Counted from the first letter of the stretch, positions 38,259 to 47,680 are shown. The stretch: 64,000 bases of DNA from Candidatus Binatia bacterium (GCA_050735675.1 JBOHVN010000252.1:223-64222), one strand, 5' to 3'. Program-made: numbers and translations. Notes: a model not told the origin generated them from the sequence alone.

Positions 38259-41200
38259 ATGTTTTGGCGTCTACCTTCAGCGCTGTTGTTGCTCGCGGCG
38301 GCGATCCCGCTGATTGTCTTTCTGCATAGCCTTAAGCCGAAGGGATTGAGAGTTCGCACCACGACTTTTTTTCTGTGGGAGCGAGTGCTCAGAGAGCGCC
38401 CGCTCGGCACCCGGCTCGGTTGGCTGCTGCGCAAAAATTTGCTGCTCATCCTGCAGCTGCTAGCGGCGTCGGCGCTCATCGCCGCGCTGGCCGACCCCTG
38501 GTTGCGCCACTTTGGTAGCGCGTCCGGCGACCTGGTCGTGGTCGTCGACTTGAGCGCCAGCATGAAGGCCAAAGGACGCGGCGATTCGCGCTTCGATGCG
38601 GCGCGACGGGAGTTGCTTTCTTTGATTGATAATCTCGGCGTGGGACAAAGAATGATGGTGATCGGCGCCGGCATAGAGCCGCGGCTGCTGATTCCTTTTA
38701 CCGCTGACCGGCGCCGGTTGCGCGAACTGGCGCGCGGCTTGGAAGCCACCGATACGCCCGGGCGCACCAAAGAAGCGATTCTTTTCGCTCACGCTTTTCT
38801 TAAACGCGCCAGCCCCGACCGCGTCGTCGTGCTGAGCGACGGCGCGTTTACGGGCGCCGAGGAGTTTGCCAAGGCCGGCGCTCATCTTCACTTCGTCAAA
38901 GTCGACGGCGGCAAGGATAACGTCGCCATCGTCGGCTTCGAAGTGCGGCGCCACGCCGCACGGCCGTCTCCAGCCGAGATCATGGTGCATGTGAAAAACT
39001 TCACGGATCAGCCGGTGCGCGCTCCCCTCAGTTTGAGCCTGGACGGCAAGCGGCTGGCCCGCGAAGAGATCAAGCTTGCCGCGCAAGACCGGCGCGTGAT
39101 GATTTTTCCCTATGACGGCGGCTTCGAAGGGCAGTTGCTCGCCCGCCTGGAAGTCGACGACGACTTTGCCACCGACAATCAGGCTTATCTGGCGCTCACC
39201 GATCGCGCGCCGTTGAGCCTGTTGTATGTCGGCCCGGGAAATCTCTACTTGAACCGTCTCTTGCGTTTGTTTTCCCACGTGGAGGTAAGCAGCGTGCCGC
39301 AGTGGCGGCCGGAGTTGGAGCAAAAACAGTTTGACGTGATGATCTTCGACCGCGTGGCGGCGCCCGCGCTGGCGCAGGGGAATGTAATACTCATCGACAC
39401 GGTGGCGCCGAATTTGCCGATCGTGCTCACGGGCAAGGTTCAAAATCCGCGCGTTCGTGCTCCGATCGCGAAGCATCCGCTCACGGAGGGCCTGAGCCTC
39501 GGCGATCTCAGAATCCAAGAAGCCCGCCGGGTCGCGCTCAAGGGCGAAGGAACGGTTTTGGCACGCGCCGCCGAAAGCACGCTATTGTACGCGCTGGATA
39601 AAGGGCGGCTGCGCGTGCTGTTTGTCGGATTCGATATAATGGCTTCGGATTTGCCGCTGCGGATCGCTTTTCCGCTGCTGTTTCACAACGCGCTCGAGTG
39701 GTTTCAGCCACAGCGGCTCGAATTCCCGGCGCGGACCACGCAGGCCGGCGCGCCGATCACGTTGCGGCTGCCGCACAGCGAAGGCACCGTGGAAATTACC
39801 GCGCCGTCCGGGAAGAAAGACGTTTTTTCTTCATTCGCAGGTCCGTTGGTTTTTGCCGATACTTTTCAGGCGGGCTTTTACGGCTTCAAGAGCGCCGAGC
39901 GCGAGGGCCGCTTTGCGGTCAATTTGTTCGACGAAGACGAATCACAGATCGTGCCGCGGGTAAGCTTGGACTCCGCCGCCCGGCGCGCTGAGCAAAGCAG
40001 CGCCGGGCTCGAGCTTGGATTCTCCCTCTGGCCCGTGCTGCTGGGCGCGGTGCTGATCGTCCTCGGAATAGAGATCTTCCTGGCGTTTCGCCAGGGTCTG
40101 CCGATCTATCCGATTATTTTTCGCGGCGCTGCGTTGGCCGTATTGGCGCTCGCACTGTTTAATCCGCGTATTTTCCGCTCGACGACCGCCCTCGATGTGG
40201 TCCTCGGAGTCGATATGTCGCGCAGCGTCGGCCACGAGGGACGCGAAAAGGCGCATGAGCTTCTGGCGGCGGCGAGCGGACTCAAGAGCTCCGAGGTACG
40301 CACCGGGGTCATGGCCTTCGGCCGCGCCCCCGAATGGGAGTCGTTGCCACGCGAACAAATACCGGCGGGCGATTTTGGCACGCGCCTGGACCGCGACGAG
40401 ACCGATATTCAAGCGGCGCTGCAAGCCGCCGTGGCGCAGATCGGTGAAGGCCGGCAGGGAAAAATTCTGATTGTTTCCGACGGCAACGAAAACCGCGGCG
40501 AGATCGCGCGCGTGATCCCGCTGCTGCGCGCCCAGGACGTGCAGGTGTGGACGCTCCCGGTAAGCTTGGCGCGCGCGCGCAATGAGATCTATCTCAGCGA
40601 TTTGACCGTTCCGCGCCTGGTCGACAGCGCCGAGGGATTCGAGATCCGCGGCGCCATCGAGAGCCTGCGTGAAACGCCGGCCCGAGTGCGTTTGTTGCGC
40701 GACGGCGTTCTGCATTCCGAACGGGAGATGAAGCTCAAGCCCGGCACCAACTCGATCGCTTTCCGCGACAGCCTGGCCGAACGCGGCAATCATTCCTACG
40801 AACTGCTGGTTGAAGCTCCGGATGATACTCTGGCCGAAAACAATTTGCTGCAGGCCGTGGTCGCCGTGAAAGGACCGCCGCGGGTGCTCTTGCTGTCGGC
40901 GCATCCGGAGAGCCGCCGCGTGATCTCGCGTGTGTTGCAGGTGCAAGGCTACGCCGTGGTGGAGTCAACCCCGCAGACCCACCCGCTGTCGCTCTCCGAG
41001 CTCTCCGCCTACGATCTGTTGGTGCTCGATAACGTACCGGCGTTTCAACTTACCCACGCCAAGATGGAGAACGTGGAAAAATACGTGCGCGACCTGGGCG
41101 GCGGCGTGCTGGTGATCGGCGGCGCGCAAAGTTACGGCGCCGGCGGTTATTTCCGCACGCCGTTGGAGCGGATTTTGCCGGTCGATATGCGCCCGCCGGC

Positions 41201-42668
41201 GCGGCTCGAGATGCCCCACGTGGCGCTGCTCTTTGTCATCGACAAATCCGGCAGCATGGGCGCGGGCTCGGAGGGCAACACCAAGCTCGATCTCGCCAAG
41301 GCAGCGGCGATCGCCGCCGCCGATATCATGAACCCCACGGATCAAGTCGGCATTCTCGCCTTCGACGCCAGCTGGGATTGGGCGCTGCCGTTTCGCCAGG
41401 TTGGCAAAGGCGAATGGATCACCGAAAAACTCTCCTCGTTGCAATCCGATGGCGGCACGGATCTTTTTAAGGCGATGCTCGAAGCGCATCGCGTAATCGC
41501 CGGCAAGCAAGCAGCGATCAAACATGTGATCGTGCTCTCCGACGGGCTCACCGACAAGGCGGACTTTCACACGCTGGTCGGCAAGATGGCTCGCGACGGC
41601 GTCACCGTGTCAACGGTTTCGGTCGGCAATGACGCCGACGTGCAGCTCATGGCCGACATCGCGAAGAACGGCAAAGGCAGAGGTTATGTCGCCCTCGACC
41701 CGCAAACGATCCCGCAAATCTTCACTACCGAAACACTGCTGATCTCGCGTGATCTGTTGATTGAAAAGGCGTTAACTCCGACCATCGTCGCGTCCATCGG
41801 TCCGCTCAAAGGCATCGCGCAAAGTAGCCTGCCGCCGCTGCGCGGCTACGTGCTGACTTATCCCAAACCGCGCGCGGAGCTGTTGATGCGCGTGGACAAA
41901 GATCCGCTGCTGGTGTCCTGGCGCTATGGGCTCGGACGGGTGATGGCGTTTACCTCCGATTTAAGCGGGCGCTGGGGCAGGGATTGGGTAAGCTGGGCGG
42001 GATTTTCCCAATGGGCGAGCCAGCTCGCGCGCGATACCATGCGCAAGTTCGTTGACACGGGGATGCAGACGGAGTTGCGCGCCGAGGGCGAAACCATCAA
42101 AGTCGTCACCGATCTGGCGTCGCGGGACGGCAAGTTTCTAAATCACTTGAATGTCAAAGCAAATATCACGGCACCGAACCAGACCAGCCAGCAGCAAAGT
42201 TTTCACCAAACTGCGCCGGGCCGCTACGAAGGTAAGTTCATGCCGGCGGCGCGCGGCATTCATTTCGTATCTGTTTATGCCGAGGGCGATGGCGGCGCGG
42301 AGCCGGTGCCACTGGGGACGGTTCCCTACGTCGCGCCATATCCGAAAGAATATCGCGAGCTCAAACCTAACCTTTCTTTGCTGAGCCGGCTTGCCGAAGA
42401 AACCGGCGGCGAAATGGTCGATCCGGAAAAATTCAACGAAGCCCTCAAACGTTTTTACACGCCGACCCCCGGAAAAGGCCGGCAGGGACAAGACACCTGG
42501 TGGCCGCTCGCCGGGGCGGCGCTGTTTTTATTTCTCGCCGATTTGGTCTCGCGCCAGTGGCGCGGCCCGGGCGATAGTCGCCAACCCGGTTCCTTGACCA
42601 CTTCACGTCAGCAGATTATCGTGAGCGATATCCTTGGAAAAAGCTCTAATATAGAAAATCCGTCATGA
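38259..42668 (+). CDS. 1469-aa membrane protein: BatA-type double-TM N-terminus, VWA, internal TM pair, VWA, GATase1-like segment, VWA, C-terminal TM
   Basis: DxSxS MIDAS motifs lie at nt 38547-38561 (DLSAS), 40212-40226 (DMSRS) and 41241-41255 (DKSGS). TM helices lie at about aa 588-637. The GATase1-like segment reads PRVLLLS...DLLVLDNVP...GGGVLVIGG. Confidence 0.85.
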   Translation: MFWRLPSALLLLAAAIPLIVFLHSLKPKGLRVRTTTFFLWERVLRERPLGTRLGWLLRKNLLLILQLLAASALIAALADPWLRHFGSASGDLVVVVDLSASMKAKGRGDSRFDAARRELLSLIDNLGVGQRMMVIGAGIEPRLLIPFTADRRRLRELARGLEATDTPGRTKEAILFAHAFLKRASPDRVVVLSDGAFTGAEEFAKAGAHLHFVKVDGGKDNVAIVGFEVRRHAARPSPAEIMVHVKNFTDQPVRAPLSLSLDGKRLAREEIKLAAQDRRVMIFPYDGGFEGQLLARLEVDDDFATDNQAYLALTDRAPLSLLYVGPGNLYLNRLLRLFSHVEVSSVPQWRPELEQKQFDVMIFDRVAAPALAQGNVILIDTVAPNLPIVLTGKVQNPRVRAPIAKHPLTEGLSLGDLRIQEARRVALKGEGTVLARAAESTLLYALDKGRLRVLFVGFDIMASDLPLRIAFPLLFHNALEWFQPQRLEFPARTTQAGAPITLRLPHSEGTVEITAPSGKKDVFSSFAGPLVFADTFQAGFYGFKSAEREGRFAVNLFDEDESQIVPRVSLDSAARRAEQSSAGLELGFSLWPVLLGAVLIVLGIEIFLAFRQGLPIYPIIFRGAALAVLALALFNPRIFRSTTALDVVLGVDMSRSVGHEGREKAHELLAAASGLKSSEVRTGVMAFGRAPEWESLPREQIPAGDFGTRLDRDETDIQAALQAAVAQIGEGRQGKILIVSDGNENRGEIARVIPLLRAQDVQVWTLPVSLARARNEIYLSDLTVPRLVDSAEGFEIRGAIESLRETPARVRLLRDGVLHSEREMKLKPGTNSIAFRDSLAERGNHSYELLVEAPDDTLAENNLLQAVVAVKGPPRVLLLSAHPESRRVISRVLQVQGYAVVESTPQTHPLSLSELSAYDLLVLDNVPAFQLTHAKMENVEKYVRDLGGGVLVIGGAQSYGAGGYFRTPLERILPVDMRPPARLEMPHVALLFVIDKSGSMGAGSEGNTKLDLAKAAAIAAADIMNPTDQVGILAFDASWDWALPFRQVGKGEWITEKLSSLQSDGGTDLFKAMLEAHRVIAGKQAAIKHVIVLSDGLTDKADFHTLVGKMARDGVTVSTVSVGNDADVQLMADIAKNGKGRGYVALDPQTIPQIFTTETLLISRDLLIEKALTPTIVASIGPLKGIAQSSLPPLRGYVLTYPKPRAELLMRVDKDPLLVSWRYGLGRVMAFTSDLSGRWGRDWVSWAGFSQWASQLARDTMRKFVDTGMQTELRAEGETIKVVTDLASRDGKFLNHLNVKANITAPNQTSQQQSFHQTAPGRYEGKFMPAARGIHFVSVYAEGDGGAEPVPLGTVPYVAPYPKEYRELKPNLSLLSRLAEETGGEMVDPEKFNEALKRFYTPTPGKGRQGQDTWWPLAGAALFLFLADLVSRQWRGPGDSRQPGSLTTSRQQIIVSDILGKSSNIENPS

Positions 42669-42874
42669 AGATTTGGCCGCTTAACATCGTGCCATTTACC
42701 TGCGCGCTGTGCGGCGCAAAGTTCAATGAGCTTAGCGGCAGAAAATGTTCAAACTGCGGCAAGCTCGCTTGCCGGTACCATTTTTTTAGAGGCTGGTTAA
42801 AGGGACTGAAAGGAGTGTGCTCGGGGTGTTTGAGTTCGGCGAAAGAAAAATCAAATTTCGCGGAAAAAAAATAG
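42665..42874 (+). CDS. Cys-rich zinc-ribbon mini-protein (69 aa)
   Basis: The cysteines are arranged CALCG...CSNCG...C...CSGC. The ATG overlaps the stop of the 1469-aa ORF (ATGA). Confidence 0.5.
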   Translation: MKIWPLNIVPFTCALCGAKFNELSGRKCSNCGKLACRYHFFRGWLKGLKGVCSGCLSSAKEKSNFAEKK

Positions 42875-43549
42875 TCAAAACATTTTTTTTGTGGTAGTTT
42901 GCCCCTGCATGATGATGCATCACCGATTCACGAATTCTGCGTTAGCAAATCTGCCGAGATTCGAATCTTTTCTGTTTTAATTTCTGGATGAACGATTTTT
43001 CGATTTGCGAGCCAAGCGAGCCTTGCGGCGGCAATGCGGCCGCAAGTGAGTCGCTGCTCTGGGTTCCGCCTACTCACGTTGATGACGCCCGAGATGTCCG
43101 GCATCGGAGGTTATTTATCAGGAGCAGGTCAAAGGGGGAGCTTGGCGACTTCGTTACTCATGAGTAAATTTGGCACGATTTTTTCGCGTTCAAATCGCGT
43201 CAGAAACGACAATTTCTGCGTGGAGCAAGCTTCGGAGTATGAAATTGCCTGCCTTATTTTCCGACACCGCCAACTAAAACGGCTCTGATGGACCCATCAG
43301 GTTGGCCGGCGCGCGAGTCCGCAAATGGCAAAATCCCTTGTTTCTATCGAGATTTCCGGCTGAAGGGCAGAAACATCATGAGCCCGACACAACGATTCAC
43401 CGAGTGAGTCAAATTTTTGGTCTTATGATTGCATTTAATTGTGTCCGTCAGACGTCTAATGGTGAGGGATGTTGAGCGGCCGAACGAGAGACGACGTTTA
43501 TTGTATGGAAATAAAGGAACCCGTTGATTCGGATTGGAAGGGAAAGTCA

Positions 43550-43744
43550 ATGAGCCCGGGAGATCTATTAATAACCGTCAAACCTATTCGATCGCAGAAG
43601 ACCGGTGTTGTCCTGCCTCGCGAAGGTACATTCGTCAGGATGGTGGAAAACATGGGCCGCCAATTAATCCTGGTCAACTTCGGCGCGGCGGGCTACGAGT
43701 ATCTTTTCCCCGATGAAGTCTTGCCCGAGCCGGCTAATTCTTGA
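43550..43744 (+). CDS. Small hypothetical protein (64 aa)
   Basis: The ATG lies 7 nt after aaggga. The protein begins MSPGDLLITVKPIRSQKTGVVLPREGTFVRMVENMG. No family was recognised with confidence. Confidence 0.3.
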   Translation: MSPGDLLITVKPIRSQKTGVVLPREGTFVRMVENMGRQLILVNFGAAGYEYLFPDEVLPEPANS

Positions 43745-43902
43745 CCCCTTAGACCGGCCAAGCTTTTAGCTGCCAGAACGATAAATCAGTTTTCACGGGC
43801 CCGAAACTCGTATTCCGTTTCGAGCTGTATTGCCTTACCGTTTGGCTTCCGCCAGCGTGATTTGATAATAAGACTACAGAGTCTGAATGCGCGAGGTGGA
43901 AA

Positions 43903-44247
43903 ATGAGCGAACGGCTAATAAAAGATTACCACGCCCATATCTATTATGATCCGGCGACGACGCGCGACGCGGCGGCGCGGGTGCGTGCGGGGTTGACTGC
44001 GTTCAACGTCCGGCTCGGCAGCTGGCATGACGAGGCCGTCGGCCCGCATCTCGACGCGATGTACCAGGCGGTCTTCACCCCGGAAGAGTTCGGCAAGATT
44101 GTGCCATGGCTGATGCTCAATCGCGAAGGCTTGTCCGTGCTCGTCCACCCCTCGACCGGCGATAGCTACGGCGATCATCTGGAACGCTCGCTGTGGCTTG
44201 GCGCACGGCTAAAGCTCAATGAAAAGGCGCTGCGGCGCGGTGAGTAA
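43903..44247 (+). CDS. DOPA 4,5-dioxygenase-family (PF08883-like) protein
   Basis: The sequence contains YHAHIYYD...GPH...LSVLVHPSTGDSYGDH...LWLG. Confidence 0.65.
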   Translation: MSERLIKDYHAHIYYDPATTRDAAARVRAGLTAFNVRLGSWHDEAVGPHLDAMYQAVFTPEEFGKIVPWLMLNREGLSVLVHPSTGDSYGDHLERSLWLGARLKLNEKALRRGE

Positions 44248-44262
44248 AAGTCTCGGGAGCAG

Positions 44263-44634
44263 ATGAAACGGGTTCACAGCGCCAAAGATCCGCTGATGAT
44301 CGGCCACTTGAAGAACGTCTTGGCGACGTTCGGCATCAAGTGTATCGCCAAGAACATCGATCTGATCAGCGCGGCGGGGGAGCTTCCGCCGATCGAGTGC
44401 TGGCCGGAGCTCTGGGTGATCGACGATGAAAAGTTCAGCAGAGCCAAATCGATCCTCAAGCAGACGCTAGCGCCGCTCGAGTCGGTGAAAAAGCCCTGGC
44501 ATTGCGTCGGCTGCGGTGAAACCATCGAAGGCCAATTCACCGAGTGCTGGAACTGCGGCCGGGAGCGATCCGGCCAGGCCGCGCAGCGCTGGGTGAGGCC
44601 GATCTCCACCGCGATCCGCAAGCGTAAATCTTGA
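44263..44634 (+). CDS. DUF2007-like domain fused to a C-terminal zinc ribbon
   Basis: The N-terminus is of the type seen in putative signal-transducing DUF2007 proteins. The C-terminus reads CVGCGE...CWNCG. Confidence 0.55.
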   Translation: MKRVHSAKDPLMIGHLKNVLATFGIKCIAKNIDLISAAGELPPIECWPELWVIDDEKFSRAKSILKQTLAPLESVKKPWHCVGCGETIEGQFTECWNCGRERSGQAAQRWVRPISTAIRKRKS

Positions 44635-44682
44635 TTCACTTTTCTCATCCCTTGACGGTTAGATAAATACCAAGGAGATTTC

Positions 44683-45621
44683 ATGGAATATCGCCAACTG
44701 GGTCATTCGGGCGTGCGCGTGTCCGTCGTCGGTCTCGGCGCCAATCGTTTCGGTTCCGAGGACGTCCCGCAGGCGGAAGTCAACAAGATTATCGACGCCG
44801 CGCTCGATAGCGGCGTTAATTTTATCGATAGCGCCAACGTTTATAATGACGGCCGTTCCGAAGAAACTTTGGGTCATGCGCTAAAAGGGCTTATGAACCG
44901 AGTCGTGCTAGCGACCAAGTTCAATTTTCCCAGGAAGACCCGCGCCAACAGCTGGGGCGCGTCGCGCTATCAGATGATGCAGGCTGTCGAGGAAAGCTTG
45001 CGCCGCCTGCAGACCGATCGGATCGGGCTTTACTACTGCCATCGTTGGGACGATACCGCTCCGATCGACGAAACGCTGCGCGGCCTGGACGATCTGATTC
45101 GCTTGGGAAAGATATGCTACATCGGCGCCTCGGCATACGCGTCATGGCAACTGGCCCACGCCAACCTGTTGGCGGAGCTCAAGGGCTGGAGCCGTTTCGT
45201 CGTGCTGCAATCCGAGTACAACATGTTAAAACGCGACGTCGAACGCGAGGTTCTGCCGTACTGCCGCGCGCACAAGGTCGGCTTCGTGCCGTATTATCCG
45301 CTCGCGGGGGGCTTTCTCACCGGCAAATACGAGATGGGAAAAGCGCCGCCGCCCGGCTCGCGCGGTGAGTCGGTGAGAAACGTTCAAGAGCTGATGACTG
45401 AAAAAAACTATCAAGCCGTCACCCAGCTGTCGGCCTGGGCGAAGAACCACGGCCGCGGCGTCAACGAATTGGCGCAGGCGTGGCTGCTGGCGCAGCCGGC
45501 GGTGTGCTCGGTGATCAGCGGTGCACGGACGGTCGACCATGTAACTAGTAATGTGAAAGCGGCGGATTGGAATCTAACCGCCGATCAGATGAAGGAGATC
45601 GACGGGATTTTGACGGCTTAA
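44683..45621 (+). CDS. Aldo/keto reductase
   Basis: The N-terminus reads MEYRQLGHSGVRVSVVGLGANRFG, and the sequence also contains DSANVY, LATKF and GASAYASWQ. Confidence 0.9.
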   Translation: MEYRQLGHSGVRVSVVGLGANRFGSEDVPQAEVNKIIDAALDSGVNFIDSANVYNDGRSEETLGHALKGLMNRVVLATKFNFPRKTRANSWGASRYQMMQAVEESLRRLQTDRIGLYYCHRWDDTAPIDETLRGLDDLIRLGKICYIGASAYASWQLAHANLLAELKGWSRFVVLQSEYNMLKRDVEREVLPYCRAHKVGFVPYYPLAGGFLTGKYEMGKAPPPGSRGESVRNVQELMTEKNYQAVTQLSAWAKNHGRGVNELAQAWLLAQPAVCSVISGARTVDHVTSNVKAADWNLTADQMKEIDGILTA

Positions 45622-45758
45622 GCAAATCCGATTTCGGAGTTTAGCTACAAAGGGCGACTAGGACACAAAGGTGGAAGTTTCGGAATTGGATATTTAGCCC
45701 AAAGAGCGCGTAAAAATACGAAAACGAAATTTGGCCTGGAGTCCTGTCCGAAGAGAAT

Positions 45759-45787
45759 TTGCAAATTAGAAGTGAGACTTCTACAAT
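45759..45787 (+). promoter_or_regulatory. Sigma70-type promoter immediately upstream of the GTG start (possible leaderless mRNA)
   Basis: TTGCAA, then a 17-nt spacer, then TACAAT. The -10 box ends 6 nt before GTG 45794. Confidence 0.45.
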
Positions 45788-45793
45788 GCAGGG

Positions 45794-46984
45794 GTGATCA
45801 AACGCGACTATGGCCCAATTCTTCGCCGTCTTCTGCGCCGCTTCCCGTGCGTGACTCTGTTGGGACCGCGCCAATGTGGCAAGACGACCTTCATCCGCGC
45901 AGAATTGCCCGGGTGGACCTACTTGGATCTGGAACGACCCTCCGATGCAGCCGCGTTGGCTGCTGATCCGGAGGCGCGTCTCGATCAGCTCAAGGCTCAG
46001 GTTATCTTCGACGAAGCTCAACGCGTCCCGGAACTTTTTCCGGTGCTGCGCGGCTTTATCGACCGCCAACGGGCTAAAACAGGCCAGGTCGTCATTCTTG
46101 GCTCCGCTTCTCCAGCCCTCGTCCGCCATATCTCGGAATCGCTTGCCGGCCGTACTGCTTTTATAGATTTGCCGCCGTTTCGTTGGAGTGAGGTTAAAAA
46201 CGATCGCCAGGCTACGGCAGTCAATACTCTATGGCTGCGCGGCGGTTTTCCTGAAGCGTTCCTGAATCGAATTGACCGCGACCGCTTTGAATGGCTGGAG
46301 TCCTACACCCGGTCTTTTATCGAGCGCGACCTTCCAGCACTCGGCATAGACGTCACCGCTTCGCAGATGCGAAAACTCTGGGCGATGCTCGCGCACTGTA
46401 ACGGTGGCGTGTGGAATGCTTCGCAACTGGCCGCTTCGCTCGGAGTAAGTTACCACACCGTGAATCGGTACGTCGATATTCTAGAGCAGACTTTTTTGAT
46501 CCGTAAGTTGCCACCCTACTTTGCCAATATTGGCAAGCGGCTGATAAAAAGTCCCAAGATATATTTTCGCGATACCGGCCTACTGCATTTTTTTCTCGGC
46601 ATCCCGTCGGCTGCGGTTCTTGACACCCATCCCGCCCGTGGCATGAGTTGGGAAGCTTTTATTATCGATCAATTGATTTCGATCTTTCAGCGAGCGGAGC
46701 CGAACAGCCAACCCTATTTTTGGCGCACGTCGCAGGGACATGAAATCGATCTTGTGATCGATTTGGGAACCAGGAGAATTCCGTTTGAGGTCAAGCTGCA
46801 CTCGGCGCCGACGGCCCAAGACGCCGCGTCGCTGGTATACTGTATGCGCGACTTGAAACTCGCTCGTGGCTACCTGGTCCACTCGGGACGTCAAAATTAT
46901 TCGCTGGGCAACGGAGTAACGGCGCTCTCCGCCGATCTGATTCTGACCGATCCGCGGACTCTAGTTACGTTGGTGAGACGCTGA
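45794..46984 (+). CDS. AAA-family ATPase with DUF4143-type C-terminal domain
   Basis: Walker A is LLGPRQCGKTT and Walker B-like is VIFDEAQ. The C-terminal region is typical of AAA_14/DUF4143 proteins. Confidence 0.75.
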   Translation: MIKRDYGPILRRLLRRFPCVTLLGPRQCGKTTFIRAELPGWTYLDLERPSDAAALAADPEARLDQLKAQVIFDEAQRVPELFPVLRGFIDRQRAKTGQVVILGSASPALVRHISESLAGRTAFIDLPPFRWSEVKNDRQATAVNTLWLRGGFPEAFLNRIDRDRFEWLESYTRSFIERDLPALGIDVTASQMRKLWAMLAHCNGGVWNASQLAASLGVSYHTVNRYVDILEQTFLIRKLPPYFANIGKRLIKSPKIYFRDTGLLHFFLGIPSAAVLDTHPARGMSWEAFIIDQLISIFQRAEPNSQPYFWRTSQGHEIDLVIDLGTRRIPFEVKLHSAPTAQDAASLVYCMRDLKLARGYLVHSGRQNYSLGNGVTALSADLILTDPRTLVTLVRR

Positions 46985-47098
46985 GAAGCGCTTTTTATCG
47001 CGCGTTTAAGGACCCAGCGATGTCGGATGGGTGGAGGCGTTGCGCCGATACCCGTCGAACCGAGGTCCGATTCGCGATGAATCGCGCCCCTACGCGCT

Positions 47099-47680
47099 TC
47101 AAATCACGAACGGCAAGAACAATTGTGCTGGGCCGGTTGATTTCTCGCGCTTCGGTGCTTTCGCTAACTGGCGAATTTCCTGCTCTAGCCAACGGATGTA
47201 ATGCCGATAGGTATGGCGTTTGTCGATGGCCGCAATGCAGAGATGACGCACTTGGTAGGCGTACTCTGGCCAGCGTTCCCGGATTGACCGGGGCATCTTG
47301 ATGTAAGTCGGCGGATCGTCGCAGAATAGGGAATCGCGGGCCAAAGTCCAGATATCACACTGTTGTTCGCCGGACGGGACCTTGGCCGGATCGGCCGAGC
47401 GCGACCGTGATCGGCCGCCATGCGCCAGGCCCTGAATCAAATGGGTTAATTCGTGGCCGATGGTCTGATAAGTCACTTTGCGAACCTTGAGGCGGATGAT
47501 CAGCCGCGTGATGATACCCTTGCGATAAACTATCGTCGCGCTGCCCAAGTGTTTGCGCGTGTAGCCGACCGTGATGGTCGTGTCCCGCAGTTCCGGAAAG
47601 AGTTGCAGCGAGCGCTCGATCATCGCAAAGGCGCGGCGGGTGAGCCGCTGTTTCATCGGCGCAGTCAGTCGGATCGGCAT
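47099..47680 (-). CDS. Hypothetical HExxH-motif protein (putative zinc metallopeptidase)
   Basis: The only recognisable motif is IGHELTHLIQG. I placed the start at Met 47680 or 47656, because the longer track ORF runs into era. Confidence 0.4.
   Translation of the reverse strand: MPIRLTAPMKQRLTRRAFAMIERSLQLFPELRDTTITVGYTRKHLGSATIVYRKGIITRLIIRLKVRKVTYQTIGHELTHLIQGLAHGGRSRSRSADPAKVPSGEQQCDIWTLARDSLFCDDPPTYIKMPRSIRERWPEYAYQVRHLCIAAIDKRHTYRHYIRWLEQEIRQLAKAPKREKSTGPAQLFLPFVI

Noticed and set aside
38460-39518. Long antisense or out-of-frame ORFs in the track. Examples are 4508-5545 (-), 7552-8481 (+), 12321-13277 (+), 38460-39518 (-), 39942-40946 (-) and 63122-63886 (+).
   Set aside because: They lie entirely inside genes with strong family signatures on the other strand or frame. 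They are Arg/Ala/Gly-rich, low-complexity translations typical of shadow ORFs in GC-rich DNA.
42957-42968. agattcgaatct resembles a tRNA T-arm (TTCGAAT).
   Set aside because: It is a simple 12-nt palindrome. No acceptor, D or anticodon arms can be built around it. I found no tRNA anywhere in the window.
43171-43187. TGGCAC, which could be the -24 element of a second sigma54 promoter.
   Set aside because: The position where the -12 TTGC should be reads TTTC. The conserved GC dinucleotide is missing at the correct spacing.
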